From Desulfotignum sp. (lineage in GTDB: Bacteria > Desulfobacterota > Desulfobacteria > Desulfobacterales > Desulfobacteraceae), in contig DATFJY010000284.1 in the NCBI GenBank assembly GCA_035268905.1, positions 1,718-65,717 on the forward strand: a DNA stretch of 64,000 nucleotides. Direction: 5' to 3'. Below are positions 40,031-49,651 of this stretch, in pieces. The notes beneath the pieces were generated by a model. It searched no databases, was not told the DNA's origin, and saw only the letters and a program-made list of their open reading frames with translations. The stretch's first letter is position 1. Each line of letters starts with the position of its first letter. The position numbers and the translations under genes were made by a program.

Positions 40031-41253
40031 TGCAGGGCCTCTTTTATGCTTTCCATGGCCTGGACCACATTTTGCCGGCTGTTGAATGCAGAGATACGGA
40101 TATAGGGGTTACCGCATCTGCCAAACCCGCCACCCGGCGTACACACCACAGATGCCCGGTTGAGCAGCAAATCAAAAAATTCCCAGGAGTCTCTGCCCTG
40201 GCCGTCCACCCAGATATAAGGAGAATTTTTTCCCCCTGCATACCCAAACCCCAGATCTTCAACCGTCCGGCAGATAATGTCTGCATTCTCCAGGTACAGG
40301 GAAATCAGCTCTCTGATCTGTTCCCTGCCTTCCGGGGAATACACCGCTTCTGCAGCTTTCTGTACCGGGTAGGAAACACCGTTGAATTTGGTACTCTGCC
40401 TGCGGTGCCACAACCCATGCAGCGCAATCGGCTCTCCTTTGTGCGAATAAACCGTGCAGTTTTTGGGCACCACGGTGAATCCACACCTGGTTCCGGTAAA
40501 ACCGGCTGTCTTGGAAAAACTTCTGAACTCCACCGCCACCCTGTCGGCCCCGTCAATCTCAAAAATGCTTCCGGGCAGGTCATCTTCCCGGATAAAGGCC
40601 TCATATGCTGCATCAAACAGAATCAAGGCCTTGTTCTCCTGCGCATAGTCCACCCATGCGGCAAGATCTGACCTTGAGGCGCAGGTGCCTGTGGGGTTAT
40701 TGGGAAAGCACAGGTAGATCAGATCCACAGGTTCATCCGGAATCTGCGGCAGAAAACGGTTCTCCTTGACACAATCCATGTAGACAATATTCTGGTATCT
40801 GCCCGCTTTGAAGGCACCGGTTCTGCCTGCCATGACATTGGTGTCCAGATAGACCGGGTACACCGGATCGGGAATGGCAATTTGTATATCCCGGGCAAAC
40901 AGTTCCTGAAAATTGCCGGTATCGCATTTGGCCCCGTCACTGACAAAAATTTCATCAGCAGAGATATCAGCCCCCCTGGCCTGATAATCATGGGCTGCGA
41001 TCTTTTCCCGCAAAAACGCATACCCCTGCTCCGGGCCGTATCCCCTGAAGGTGGCATCTTCAGCCATCTCATCCACCCCTTTATGAAAGGCGGCAATGAC
41101 GGCCGGGGGAAGGGCCCTTGTCACATCTCCGATACCCAGACGTATGATCTGTGCCTCAGGATTGTTTTTTTGAAAAAGGGCCACGCGCTGTGCAATATCT
41201 GAAAAAAGATAAGAAGCCTGCAGCTTCTGGTAATTTTCATTGGCTCTGATCAT
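40027..41253 (-). CDS. dapL: LL-diaminopimelate aminotransferase
   Basis: LGIGDVT, GYGPEQG, SDGAKCD, CFPNNPTG, SFSKTAGFTGTRCG. Confidence 0.94.
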   Translation of the reverse strand: MIRANENYQKLQASYLFSDIAQRVALFQKNNPEAQIIRLGIGDVTRALPPAVIAAFHKGVDEMAEDATFRGYGPEQGYAFLREKIAAHDYQARGADISADEIFVSDGAKCDTGNFQELFARDIQIAIPDPVYPVYLDTNVMAGRTGAFKAGRYQNIVYMDCVKENRFLPQIPDEPVDLIYLCFPNNPTGTCASRSDLAAWVDYAQENKALILFDAAYEAFIREDDLPGSIFEIDGADRVAVEFRSFSKTAGFTGTRCGFTVVPKNCTVYSHKGEPIALHGLWHRRQSTKFNGVSYPVQKAAEAVYSPEGREQIRELISLYLENADIICRTVEDLGFGYAGGKNSPYIWVDGQGRDSWEFFDLLLNRASVVCTPGGGFGRCGNPYIRISAFNSRQNVVQAMESIKEALQ

Positions 41254-41312
41254 GAATGTTCCTTTTTGGTTTTCAACTGATTTGTCATGTTGTGCTTAAA
41301 GGCGGTGACGCA

Positions 41313-42761
41313 TCAGGCAGACATGGCAGCCTCCCTGAGAAACTCGGGCAAAAGGTTATACACCTCTTTCGGGGTCCGGATGCTCCGGGAACTGTCGATG
41401 GCCAGTACGGGATCTGCATCCTGTTCTGCCAGATCCACCGGGTCTGAACTGCGGTGCAGCGTATTGCCGCTGGTATCGGTAAAAGGCAGTACCAGCGGCC
41501 CCTTGCTTTCCAGCACATAGGCCATCTGGCGGTTTTTCAGAAACACAATGCTGCCCGGTGGATAAATACCGATACTTTTGACGAATGCATGGAGGATGAA
41601 CTGCAGCATGGTGTTTTTTTTCACATATGTGCGGAATACCTCTGTAACTGCGGAAATCTGGTTCAAGGCCTCCTTGTAACTGCGCTTGGAGGTCATGGCA
41701 TCATAGATATCCGCCAGCTTGCAGATTTTGACATATAACGGGATTTCACTGCTGTCTTTATCAGTGGGATAACACCCTTCTTCATTATGGAACAGCGGGG
41801 CATGGTGGTAGGCCACAATATTTTTGAGCACCGCACTCTGGATATTGTTTTTTTCCAGTATCTCAGTTCCGTATTCATAGGAATGGCGCTTGATCGTATC
41901 AAACTCTTTGGGGGTCAACCGGCCGTTTTTATTGAGCAGCTGCTCCGGAATCATCACTTTTCCGATATCATAAAGGAAAAATCCCAGAGACATGTCTGTG
42001 ATTTCATCCGGATAATAATACCGGAATCCGTGATCTGTTTTTTCCTTTGCCTTGAACACATTGCCCGGGATATCGCCGCTGTTTTCAGACAGAAATCTTT
42101 CCACAGTGCGGGAAAAATGGGTATTGAACCTGTGCACAACCGCTGTTGCTGTGGCGCAGACATTAATGGAGTGGTTGAACAAATAATCGTCAAAGGAAAA
42201 GATCTCCCTGTTCAGATAAGAAAACGGATGGCCTTTGGATACCAGAAAATCCGACAATTGGAGTACCTGGTCCTCCACAGCATTGATATCAAAACGGCCA
42301 TTGTCCTGTTTTATCTCTCCAATGGCCGTTTTGATACAATCTTTGGCCTTCTGGTACTGCACGGCTGCCTGTTTTTTTATGGCCTCAATTTCCTGCAGGC
42401 GCTGCCCCAGATCCCCGGAAAACTGGGCCTGTTCAGACGAAGGGGGCAAAGATGCCCCTTTTTCAGGAGTGGGCAATGGAACCCCTTCTTCAGAAGGGGC
42501 GGGATCAACCGTCTTGTCGCTGGCAAACTGGATCTGGTTGCCGTTTTCATCCCAGAGACCGCCGTTGTTGGATGCATTGACCATCACAGACCGGATGCCA
42601 TTTTCTTTGATTATCTCCAGTGTGCGGGGTTTTTCCACAAGAACGGTTTTTTCCAGCAACAGGGTCCCTTTTCTGTTGTAGACATCCACGCCTGTCTTAA
42701 CTTTCCCGCCTGATCTGACAATCTCGATCAGATTGTCAATGGTCACCATGGTATTGGTCAT
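41313..42761 (-). CDS. HD-GYP-like protein with degenerate HD motif
   Basis: FLYDIGK (YD instead of HD), HH...GCYP, ADIYDAMTSKRSYK. Confidence 0.85.
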   Translation of the reverse strand: MTNTMVTIDNLIEIVRSGGKVKTGVDVYNRKGTLLLEKTVLVEKPRTLEIIKENGIRSVMVNASNNGGLWDENGNQIQFASDKTVDPAPSEEGVPLPTPEKGASLPPSSEQAQFSGDLGQRLQEIEAIKKQAAVQYQKAKDCIKTAIGEIKQDNGRFDINAVEDQVLQLSDFLVSKGHPFSYLNREIFSFDDYLFNHSINVCATATAVVHRFNTHFSRTVERFLSENSGDIPGNVFKAKEKTDHGFRYYYPDEITDMSLGFFLYDIGKVMIPEQLLNKNGRLTPKEFDTIKRHSYEYGTEILEKNNIQSAVLKNIVAYHHAPLFHNEEGCYPTDKDSSEIPLYVKICKLADIYDAMTSKRSYKEALNQISAVTEVFRTYVKKNTMLQFILHAFVKSIGIYPPGSIVFLKNRQMAYVLESKGPLVLPFTDTSGNTLHRSSDPVDLAEQDADPVLAIDSSRSIRTPKEVYNLLPEFLREAAMSA

Positions 42762-43624
42762 ATTTTCTCCCCCAAAATTGTCTGTACCGACCGGGTCAAG
42801 GATAAAAATTCATTTTTTGTCAACGTTTCCGCCCGTCTTTCAGGAACAATCTCTGCTTTGTCCAGGGCCCGGGCAATGACGTTCTTGTGCAGCCCCAGGT
42901 CCTGCCCCACCAGAGAATTTTTCAAGGATTTGCGCCGTTTGGAAAAGGCCGCCTTTATTACGGTAAACAAAAGGGTTTCTGTTGCCGCAGACACGGTTGA
43001 CGGCACAATAAAATAAAACCCAAGAACCGTGGAATCCACCGTTGGTTTAGGGAAAAAAGCGGCGGCACTGACATTGGCCACAAAAGAGATCTGTGCTGCA
43101 TACTGGGCAACGGCAGACAGCCGGGAGTATGCTTTTTTCCCGGGGGGAGACAGGATACGGTCTGCCAGTTCTTTCTGGAACATCAAAAATGCCTTTTCTA
43201 TACAGCCCCGCTCCTGGACAAGCCGGAACAGGATCTGGGAAGAAATATTATAGGGCAGATTTGAGATGACCACAAGTTTTTTATCCTTTGCCAGGGCCTG
43301 AATATCGGTCTTCATGATATCCTGGCACAGGATGTCAACCCAGTCGATGCCATGATCTTCCAGCTCTTTTTTCAACACCGGTGCCAGACGTCTGTCTTTT
43401 TCCACCACAGTCACCTGCCGGGTCTTTTGTGCAATGGGAATGGTCAATGCCCCGAGGCCGGGACCGATTTCCAATACCCGGCTGTCTGCAGATATCCCGG
43501 TCCGGTCAATGAGCATCCGGGCCGTGGAAGGATCACAGAGAAAATTCTGCCCCATTTCCTTACCCGCATAAAGACTTTCCCGTTTTAACAATTGGCCTGG
43601 ATGTGTCACAGGGTTTATCCACAT
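42758..43624 (-). CDS. rsmA: 16S rRNA dimethyltransferase RsmA/KsgA (exact start uncertain)
   Basis: GQNFL, LEIGPGLGALT, SNLPYNISS, PKPTVDS. Confidence 0.95.
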   Translation of the reverse strand: MWINPVTHPGQLLKRESLYAGKEMGQNFLCDPSTARMLIDRTGISADSRVLEIGPGLGALTIPIAQKTRQVTVVEKDRRLAPVLKKELEDHGIDWVDILCQDIMKTDIQALAKDKKLVVISNLPYNISSQILFRLVQERGCIEKAFLMFQKELADRILSPPGKKAYSRLSAVAQYAAQISFVANVSAAAFFPKPTVDSTVLGFYFIVPSTVSAATETLLFTVIKAAFSKRRKSLKNSLVGQDLGLHKNVIARALDKAEIVPERRAETLTKNEFLSLTRSVQTILGEKI

Positions 43625-43923
43625 TTCAAATGGGTTATAGGACAGAATTTACAGGTTTCAGCCCGGGGGGACTTTACTTTTCTTTTCCTGCCCATGAAAA
43701 ATTACTACTTGACTTTCAGTATTTTCAGAAGTAATTTTAATCTATACAAACAAACAATATACGCCAACATTTCACAAGATTCAATACCGGTACACAGGGT
43801 AATATAACCCAAGAGCGCCCTTTCAGTATTTTTTTAGGTGTATTTTTTGGCGATACGCATATCTTGTAAAGGTATGGCCTGTTGTGTTGGGAAAAAATAT
43901 TTTTTTGGATAAGGAGATGCATT

Positions 43924-44295
43924 ATGTCAAACAACATGGACATTGGTAACAACGGAAACAACTGGGAAGGCTTCATCAAAATGTTGCTGCAACGCCTGGA
44001 TATGCCCACCAAAGAGGACATAAACACCCTGCATAACCGGCTTGACGTACTGGAACAGCTTATCCAGCAAAAACAGGCCATACCCAAAAAACAGGCAACA
44101 GGGCAACCTGCCAGGCGCAAAAGTGCCTCTGCTGCCGTACTGGAAATTATTGCCAACCATCCAGATGGAACCGATTTTAAAACCATCAAGGCGGCAACAG
44201 GATTTGATGAAAAGAAGCTGAGAAATATCATCTTCCGGCTGGACAGACTCGGACGGATCAAACGGATCCGCCGGGGCGTTTACACAACCCCTTAA
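43924..44295 (+). CDS. Hypothetical protein: phasin-like helix plus winged-helix-like C-terminus
   Basis: LDMPTKEDINTLHNRLDVLE then helix-helix-helix-GRIKRIRRGVY. Confidence 0.7.
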   Translation: MSNNMDIGNNGNNWEGFIKMLLQRLDMPTKEDINTLHNRLDVLEQLIQQKQAIPKKQATGQPARRKSASAAVLEIIANHPDGTDFKTIKAATGFDEKKLRNIIFRLDRLGRIKRIRRGVYTTP

Positions 44296-44316
44296 ATCTT
44301 TCGGAAAATCATCCAT

Positions 44317-47295
44317 ATGAGTTCTTCACCATTTTCGCAGGGACAGATTATTCACAATTATGAAGTCCAGGATATCACCCCTTTGCCCATCATCGATGCC
44401 ACAATGATCCGGCTGGTTCACAAACATACCGGTGCCAGGCATTTCCACATTGCCAACAAGGACAAGGAAAACACCTTCAGTGTTATTTTCCGGACCGTGC
44501 CCACTGATTCCACAGGGGTTGCCCACATACTGGAGCACACGGTATTGTGCGGATCAAAAAACTTCCATGTCCGTGATCCTTTTTTTTCCATGATCAAGCG
44601 GAGCCTTTCCACATTCATGAACGCCTTTACCGCTTCAGACTGGACCATGTATCCGTTTGCCACCCAGAACGAGAAAGATTATTTCAACCTCATGGATGTG
44701 TACCTGGATGCGGCATTTTTCCCCAAAATTGATGAGCTGAGTTTCAAACAGGAAGGGTGCCGGCTGGATGTGGATCCGGCCCAGGATCCGGAACTGGTTT
44801 ACAAAGGCGTGGTATACAATGAAATGAAAGGCGCCATGTCTTCGCCCAGCCAGGTCATGGGGCGGGCCCTGCTCAAAAGCCTGTATCCGGACACCACATA
44901 CAGCAACAACTCCGGGGGCGATCCCCTGGAAATCCCCTCACTCACCTGGCAGGATCTCAAAGCGTTTCACAGCCGGTATTATCACCCCTCCAATGCCCAG
45001 TTCTATACCTATGGGAGTCTGCCCCTGGAAAAGACCCTGGCCTTCATAGATGACAAGGTGCTGCAGCAGTTTGATTTCCTTTCCGTGGACTCTGCTGTGC
45101 CTCCCCAGCCCCGGTGGCAGACCCCGAGAAAGGAAACCCACTTTTATGCCTATGCCGATTCGGTCGACATGGCAAAAAAATACCAGGGATGCGTGGCCTG
45201 GCTGACCTGTGATGCCAAAGATTCTTTTGAGGTTCTGGTGCTCACAATTCTCGACCAGATTTTGCTGGGCAATTCCGCATCCCCATTGCGCAAAGCCCTG
45301 ATCGATTCCAACCTGGGTTCTGCCCTGGCGGATGCATCCGGATTTGAGCCTGACAACCGGGATGCCATGTTCGTGTGCGGCCTCAAAGACATCACCAAAG
45401 ATGCTGTGCCAAAAGTGGAAGAAATCATTTTTGAAACCCTCAAACACCTGGCTGCAAACGGCATTGACCCGGACCTTGTTGCATCTGCCATCCACCAGAT
45501 TGAGTTTTACCGCAAAGAGATCACCAATACCCCCTATCCCTTTGGTATCAAACTGCTGCTTTCCTTTGCCGGCACAGTGATACACGAAGGCGATCCTGTG
45601 GCCTGCATCAACATTGACCAGGATCTGGACCGGCTCAAGCAGGCCGTTGCACAGGGCGGGTTTCTGGAAGAAAAACTGCAGGCCTATTTTATTGACAACC
45701 CCCACCGGGTCTTGTTCACCCTGGCACCAGACCCGGATCTGGAAGAGACCACACAGGAAAAAACCCGCAAAGCGCTTGCAGGAATTTACAAACAACTTTC
45801 CGAAAATGACCTGGAAAAGATAAAAAATGATGCCAAAATCCTCGAGCAGCTCCAGGAAAAACAGGAGGATCTGTCTGTCCTGCCCACCCTGGAGCTGTCA
45901 GATGTGCCCCCCAGCATAGAAATCATCACTCCGGACCACCTGGACCAGGTCGCCAACACCACCTGCTATGACAAGGCCACTTCCGGCATTCTCTATTTTA
46001 CCTGTCCTGTGGGCGCCGGCCATGTGGAAACCCCTTTTTTCCCTCTGGTACCGTTCTTCTGCAGGGCCTTCACCAACAGCGGTACCCGCAGCCAGTCCTA
46101 TGTGCAGATGGCGGAAAAAATGGATCTGTTCACCGGTGGTATCACATTGACACCCTTTTCCGGCACCTATTTTAACCAGGAAGCAGATTCCCATGTTTTT
46201 CTGGCCCTCCAGGGAAAAGCCCTGGACCGGAATGTGGAGCACCTGTTTGATATTGTCAAAGAATTTGTGCTGGATTATGGTTTTTTGGACCTGGACCGCA
46301 TCAAAAACCTGCTGCTCCAGTACCAGGCCGGCATGGAAGCCGCTATTGTATCCACTGGTCACCGGTATGCCATTTCCCTGTCATCACGCCATCTGTCCAT
46401 GGCATCCCATATCACCGAACTGTGGCACGGCATTGCCCAGTATAAAACCATCAAAAAAATGACAGAAAATCTGACTGATACAGACACTGCAGAACCGATT
46501 TTGAAAACACTGGCTGCCAACCTCGATGCCATGGCTGCCAGCATGCTGCGAAAAGACAATTTCAAGCCGGCGGTCATTGGAAGCCCGGAAACTATCCGCC
46601 AGGCTGATACAGCGGTCGGCGGCATCATGGCCGCCCTGGACAACGGTTCCAGGCCTGCTTTTTTTACGCCGGACATCCCCATAGATACCCGGCTGCCCAG
46701 GGACGGGTGGTATACCAACACAGCGGTTTCCTTTGTGGGGCAGTCCTTTAAAGCCGTGGGCATTACCCATGAAGATTCTCCGGGTCTGGCAGTGATCAGC
46801 AAAATCCTGCGGTCTTTGTTTCTGCACAGGGAAATCAGGGAAAAAGGCGGTGCATACGGCGGATTTGCCATCTATAACCCAGAAGAAGGAATCTTTTCCT
46901 TTGGCTCCTACCGGGACCCCCATATCACAAGAACCCTGGATGTATATTCCCGGGCATGTGACTATATCATGAAAGGGGATTACACCCAGACCGATGTCAA
47001 GGAAGCCATTCTCCAGGTCTGCTCAGAAATCGACCGGCCGGAAACCCCCGGCCCTGCAGCCATGAAAGCCTTTTACCGGGATATCGCCAAACTCACCAAT
47101 GAGATACGGCAAAAATTCAAGGACGAACTGCTGCAGCTGGACAAAGAGCGGATCCAGCGCATTGCCCGCCGGTATTTTGCCCTGGACAGCCAGCAGACCG
47201 GCATCTCGGTGATCTCCAGCAAATCCCTGCTGGAACAGGCCAACAAGACACTGGAAGCGGAAGGCCAGCCCCCGCTGGAACTGATAAAAATATAG
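44317..47295 (+). CDS. M16C (presequence-protease/insulinase family) metallopeptidase
   Basis: HILEH inverted zinc motif, STFMNAFT, GVVYNEMKG, IREKGGAYG. Confidence 0.94.
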   Translation: MSSSPFSQGQIIHNYEVQDITPLPIIDATMIRLVHKHTGARHFHIANKDKENTFSVIFRTVPTDSTGVAHILEHTVLCGSKNFHVRDPFFSMIKRSLSTFMNAFTASDWTMYPFATQNEKDYFNLMDVYLDAAFFPKIDELSFKQEGCRLDVDPAQDPELVYKGVVYNEMKGAMSSPSQVMGRALLKSLYPDTTYSNNSGGDPLEIPSLTWQDLKAFHSRYYHPSNAQFYTYGSLPLEKTLAFIDDKVLQQFDFLSVDSAVPPQPRWQTPRKETHFYAYADSVDMAKKYQGCVAWLTCDAKDSFEVLVLTILDQILLGNSASPLRKALIDSNLGSALADASGFEPDNRDAMFVCGLKDITKDAVPKVEEIIFETLKHLAANGIDPDLVASAIHQIEFYRKEITNTPYPFGIKLLLSFAGTVIHEGDPVACINIDQDLDRLKQAVAQGGFLEEKLQAYFIDNPHRVLFTLAPDPDLEETTQEKTRKALAGIYKQLSENDLEKIKNDAKILEQLQEKQEDLSVLPTLELSDVPPSIEIITPDHLDQVANTTCYDKATSGILYFTCPVGAGHVETPFFPLVPFFCRAFTNSGTRSQSYVQMAEKMDLFTGGITLTPFSGTYFNQEADSHVFLALQGKALDRNVEHLFDIVKEFVLDYGFLDLDRIKNLLLQYQAGMEAAIVSTGHRYAISLSSRHLSMASHITELWHGIAQYKTIKKMTENLTDTDTAEPILKTLAANLDAMAASMLRKDNFKPAVIGSPETIRQADTAVGGIMAALDNGSRPAFFTPDIPIDTRLPRDGWYTNTAVSFVGQSFKAVGITHEDSPGLAVISKILRSLFLHREIREKGGAYGGFAIYNPEEGIFSFGSYRDPHITRTLDVYSRACDYIMKGDYTQTDVKEAILQVCSEIDRPETPGPAAMKAFYRDIAKLTNEIRQKFKDELLQLDKERIQRIARRYFALDSQQTGISVISSKSLLEQANKTLEAEGQPPLELIKI

Positions 47296-47304
47296 GCACC
47301 ATTG

Positions 47305-47577
47305 GCCGCCAGGGCATGGGTGATGATACAAAAGCTGTTACTGTTAGCCGTTAGCCGTTAGCTGTTAGCTGTTAGCTGTTAGTACGCAATTATTCGCTAC
47401 CAGTAACCAAAATTTCCCCTGCTGTTACCACCGGCTAACGCTTTCATACTTTGTTGTACCTGCCAGGGCATGGGGGATTATATGAAAGCGGTCAGTACTC
47501 GGTCATCAGCCAAGAACTAAAAGCTAACAGCTAACAGCTTTCACGTTTTGTTGTGCCCGTCAGGGCATGGTCGTTAT
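47305..47577 (+). repeat. Head-to-tail tandem of heptamer-rich elements (tail + H2a + H2b)
   Basis: (GTTAGCT/C)n; three GCC(A)GGGCATGG tails; heads at ~47326 and 47482. Confidence 0.85.
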
Positions 47578-48474
47578 TCAGGAATGATTTTTCAGCAGAT
47601 CCCAAAGCGCCTGGTCAGCCGCTTTGGGAAAATCCTTTCTCTTCCTGGCAATCTCCAGGGTATGCTGTCCCAAAAGCCGGTATAGGGCTGAAAACTGCGG
47701 CATTTTTTTGTCAATATCTGCCAGGTGGCGGGCTATGACGGCCGTATCCCCCCGGACCACCGGCCCGGTCAGGGCATCCACACTTCCTTTGGATGCGATG
47801 TTGCCCAGGGTCCCCTGGATCAAAGGCGCCAGGATCTCATAGGCCCGTTCCTGTTCAAGGCCGGTCTGTGCCAGCAGGGTCAAGGCAACATGTTCCAGGG
47901 TGACCAGATAGTTGGAAGCCACCACGGCAGCGGCATGGTACAGGATCTTGGCATCGGTGGGGATGGTAAAGGCCCGGGCCTCCAGGGCCGCCGCAATCTT
48001 GTGCCCCAGGGCTGCAGCTCCGTCAGTACCTTCCACCGACATATTGATACCTGTAAAAGGAGATGCATGGCCGGGTTCATACGGGGCAAACGCCTGGAGG
48101 GGGTGCAGGGAACCGGTTTGTGCCCCGGTTTTTTGGGCCGATGCCAGGATTTCTGACGACAGGGCCCCGGACAGATGAAACACCACGCTGTTTTCATTGC
48201 ACCCGCCGTCTGCTGCTATCTGATCACATACCGGGGCAATGCAGATATCCGGGGTGGTAATAAAAATCAGTTCACAGGTGGCTGCCGCATCTGCCGCATT
48301 CTCAAAAACCTTGCCCTCCCCGGCATGAAAAGCGGCATTTCGGGCCGATGCAAAAGTTCTGCTGGAAAAGGCGGACGGCCGATACCCCTGACCAGCAAGA
48401 TGCACTGCCAGATGGGTTCCCACCCGGCCGCATCCGATAACGCAAAACCTTTTCTGTGTGTTATTTGTATTCAT
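47578..48474 (-). CDS. Rossmann-like/DUF2520 protein, probable PanG-type ketopantoate reductase
   Basis: [40 protein letters not shown]; overlaps the panB stop. Confidence 0.8.
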   Translation of the reverse strand: MNTNNTQKRFCVIGCGRVGTHLAVHLAGQGYRPSAFSSRTFASARNAAFHAGEGKVFENAADAAATCELIFITTPDICIAPVCDQIAADGGCNENSVVFHLSGALSSEILASAQKTGAQTGSLHPLQAFAPYEPGHASPFTGINMSVEGTDGAAALGHKIAAALEARAFTIPTDAKILYHAAAVVASNYLVTLEHVALTLLAQTGLEQERAYEILAPLIQGTLGNIASKGSVDALTGPVVRGDTAVIARHLADIDKKMPQFSALYRLLGQHTLEIARKRKDFPKAADQALWDLLKNHS

Positions 48475-49252
48475 ATGCATCCGATGGGAAACTGCCCTGC
48501 TGTACCTCATCGACATAGGCTGCCAGCCCTTTTTTTGCTGCTGCTGCCAGGTCTGCGTATTGTTTCACAAATTTGGGCAGAAACCGGTCATTGATGCCCA
48601 GCATGTCATGGAGCACCAGGATCTGGCCGTCGCAGTGGGGGCCGGCACCGATACCGATGGTGGGTATTGTCAGGGCCTGGGTGATTTTTTGGGAAATAGG
48701 GGAGGGGATCCCCTCCAGGACAACAGAAAAAGCACCGGCTGCTTCCACATCCTGTGCATCTTTGAGCAGCCGCTTTTCATCCCGCTGCACCTTGAACCCG
48801 CCCATCTGGTGCACCGACTGGGGGGTAAGGCCGATATGGGCCTGGACCGGTATGCCGGCTTTGGCAACCGCCGTGATCACCGGGCAGACATCCGCCCCGC
48901 CCTCAAGCTTGACTGCGGCAGCGCCTGCCTCCTTTAAAAACCGGCCGGCATTTTCCACGGCAGCATCCAGAGACCCCTGGTAAGACATGAATGGCATATC
49001 CCCCACCACCAGGGCACGGGAACAGCCCCGGGAAACCATGGCAGTATGATAAATGATTTCATCCATGGTCACGGACAGGGTGTTGGGTTTGCCCTGGACC
49101 ACCATTCCCAGGGAATCTCCCACCAGGACCGTGTCGATACCGGCTTGATCCAGCATCCGTGCAAACGGAAAATCATAAGCCGTCAGCGCGGTGATTTTTT
49201 TGCCTTCCTGTTTCATTTTCATCAGTGTTGATACGGTTACCTGTGGCTGCAT
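48461..49252 (-). CDS. panB: 3-methyl-2-oxobutanoate hydroxymethyltransferase
   Basis: [36 protein letters not shown]. Confidence 0.97.
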   Translation of the reverse strand: MQPQVTVSTLMKMKQEGKKITALTAYDFPFARMLDQAGIDTVLVGDSLGMVVQGKPNTLSVTMDEIIYHTAMVSRGCSRALVVGDMPFMSYQGSLDAAVENAGRFLKEAGAAAVKLEGGADVCPVITAVAKAGIPVQAHIGLTPQSVHQMGGFKVQRDEKRLLKDAQDVEAAGAFSVVLEGIPSPISQKITQALTIPTIGIGAGPHCDGQILVLHDMLGINDRFLPKFVKQYADLAAAAKKGLAAYVDEVQQGSFPSDAYEYK

Positions 49253-49273
49253 GGCCTTTTCCCTCCAATTTAT

Positions 49274-49415
49274 ATGAAAGCTGTTAGCTGTTAGCCCTTA
49301 GCGATTAGCTATTAGTAGTACGCAATCATTCGCTTCCAGTAAACAAAATTTCCTTGCTGTTATCACCGGCTAACGCTTTCATACTTTGTTTTGCCCGCCA
49401 GGGCATGGGTGTTAT
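49274..49415 (+). repeat. Heptamer-rich element (copy H3)
   Basis: 49317-49409 matches 47381-47474 at about 90% (hand count). Confidence 0.85.
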
Positions 49416-49483
49416 TGATTCCAGACATCTTGCGGTACTGTAGAATAAAACCGGCCAAGTTTCAACCCAACTACCAAATAGTT

Positions 49484-49598
49484 CTGAATGTTTGCCATAA
49501 GCGTACCATATTTTAATTCGTTCCATAGGGTGTCCTTGTCCCAAGCCTACCCCTGTCAAGGTTCTTGTGATACACAATCCATTATAGCGAATATCCAG
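49484..49598. mobile_element. Diverged short MITE (copy G)
   Basis: Ends CTGAATGTTTGCCATAAGCGTACC / GCGAATATCCAG; left end 19/24 identical to copy A; similar length; no target duplication visible. Confidence 0.6.
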
Positions 49599-49651
49599 TA
49601 TTCGGTGTCAAGATAATCGTATGTAGATGCAGCGTCACATATATTGAAAAG

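Noticed and set aside
47332-47382. CRISPR array
   Set aside because: Repeats are contiguous 7-mers with no spacers and no cas genes.
49326-49577. 83-aa ORF containing MERIKIWY, weakly reminiscent of small DUF2283-like starts
   Set aside because: It lies inside MITE copy G and runs into repeat H3; similarity stops after 8 residues.
49253-49620. pan RNA motif upstream of panB
   Set aside because: The region is almost wholly explained by repeats H3 and G, and I could not identify the motif by eye.
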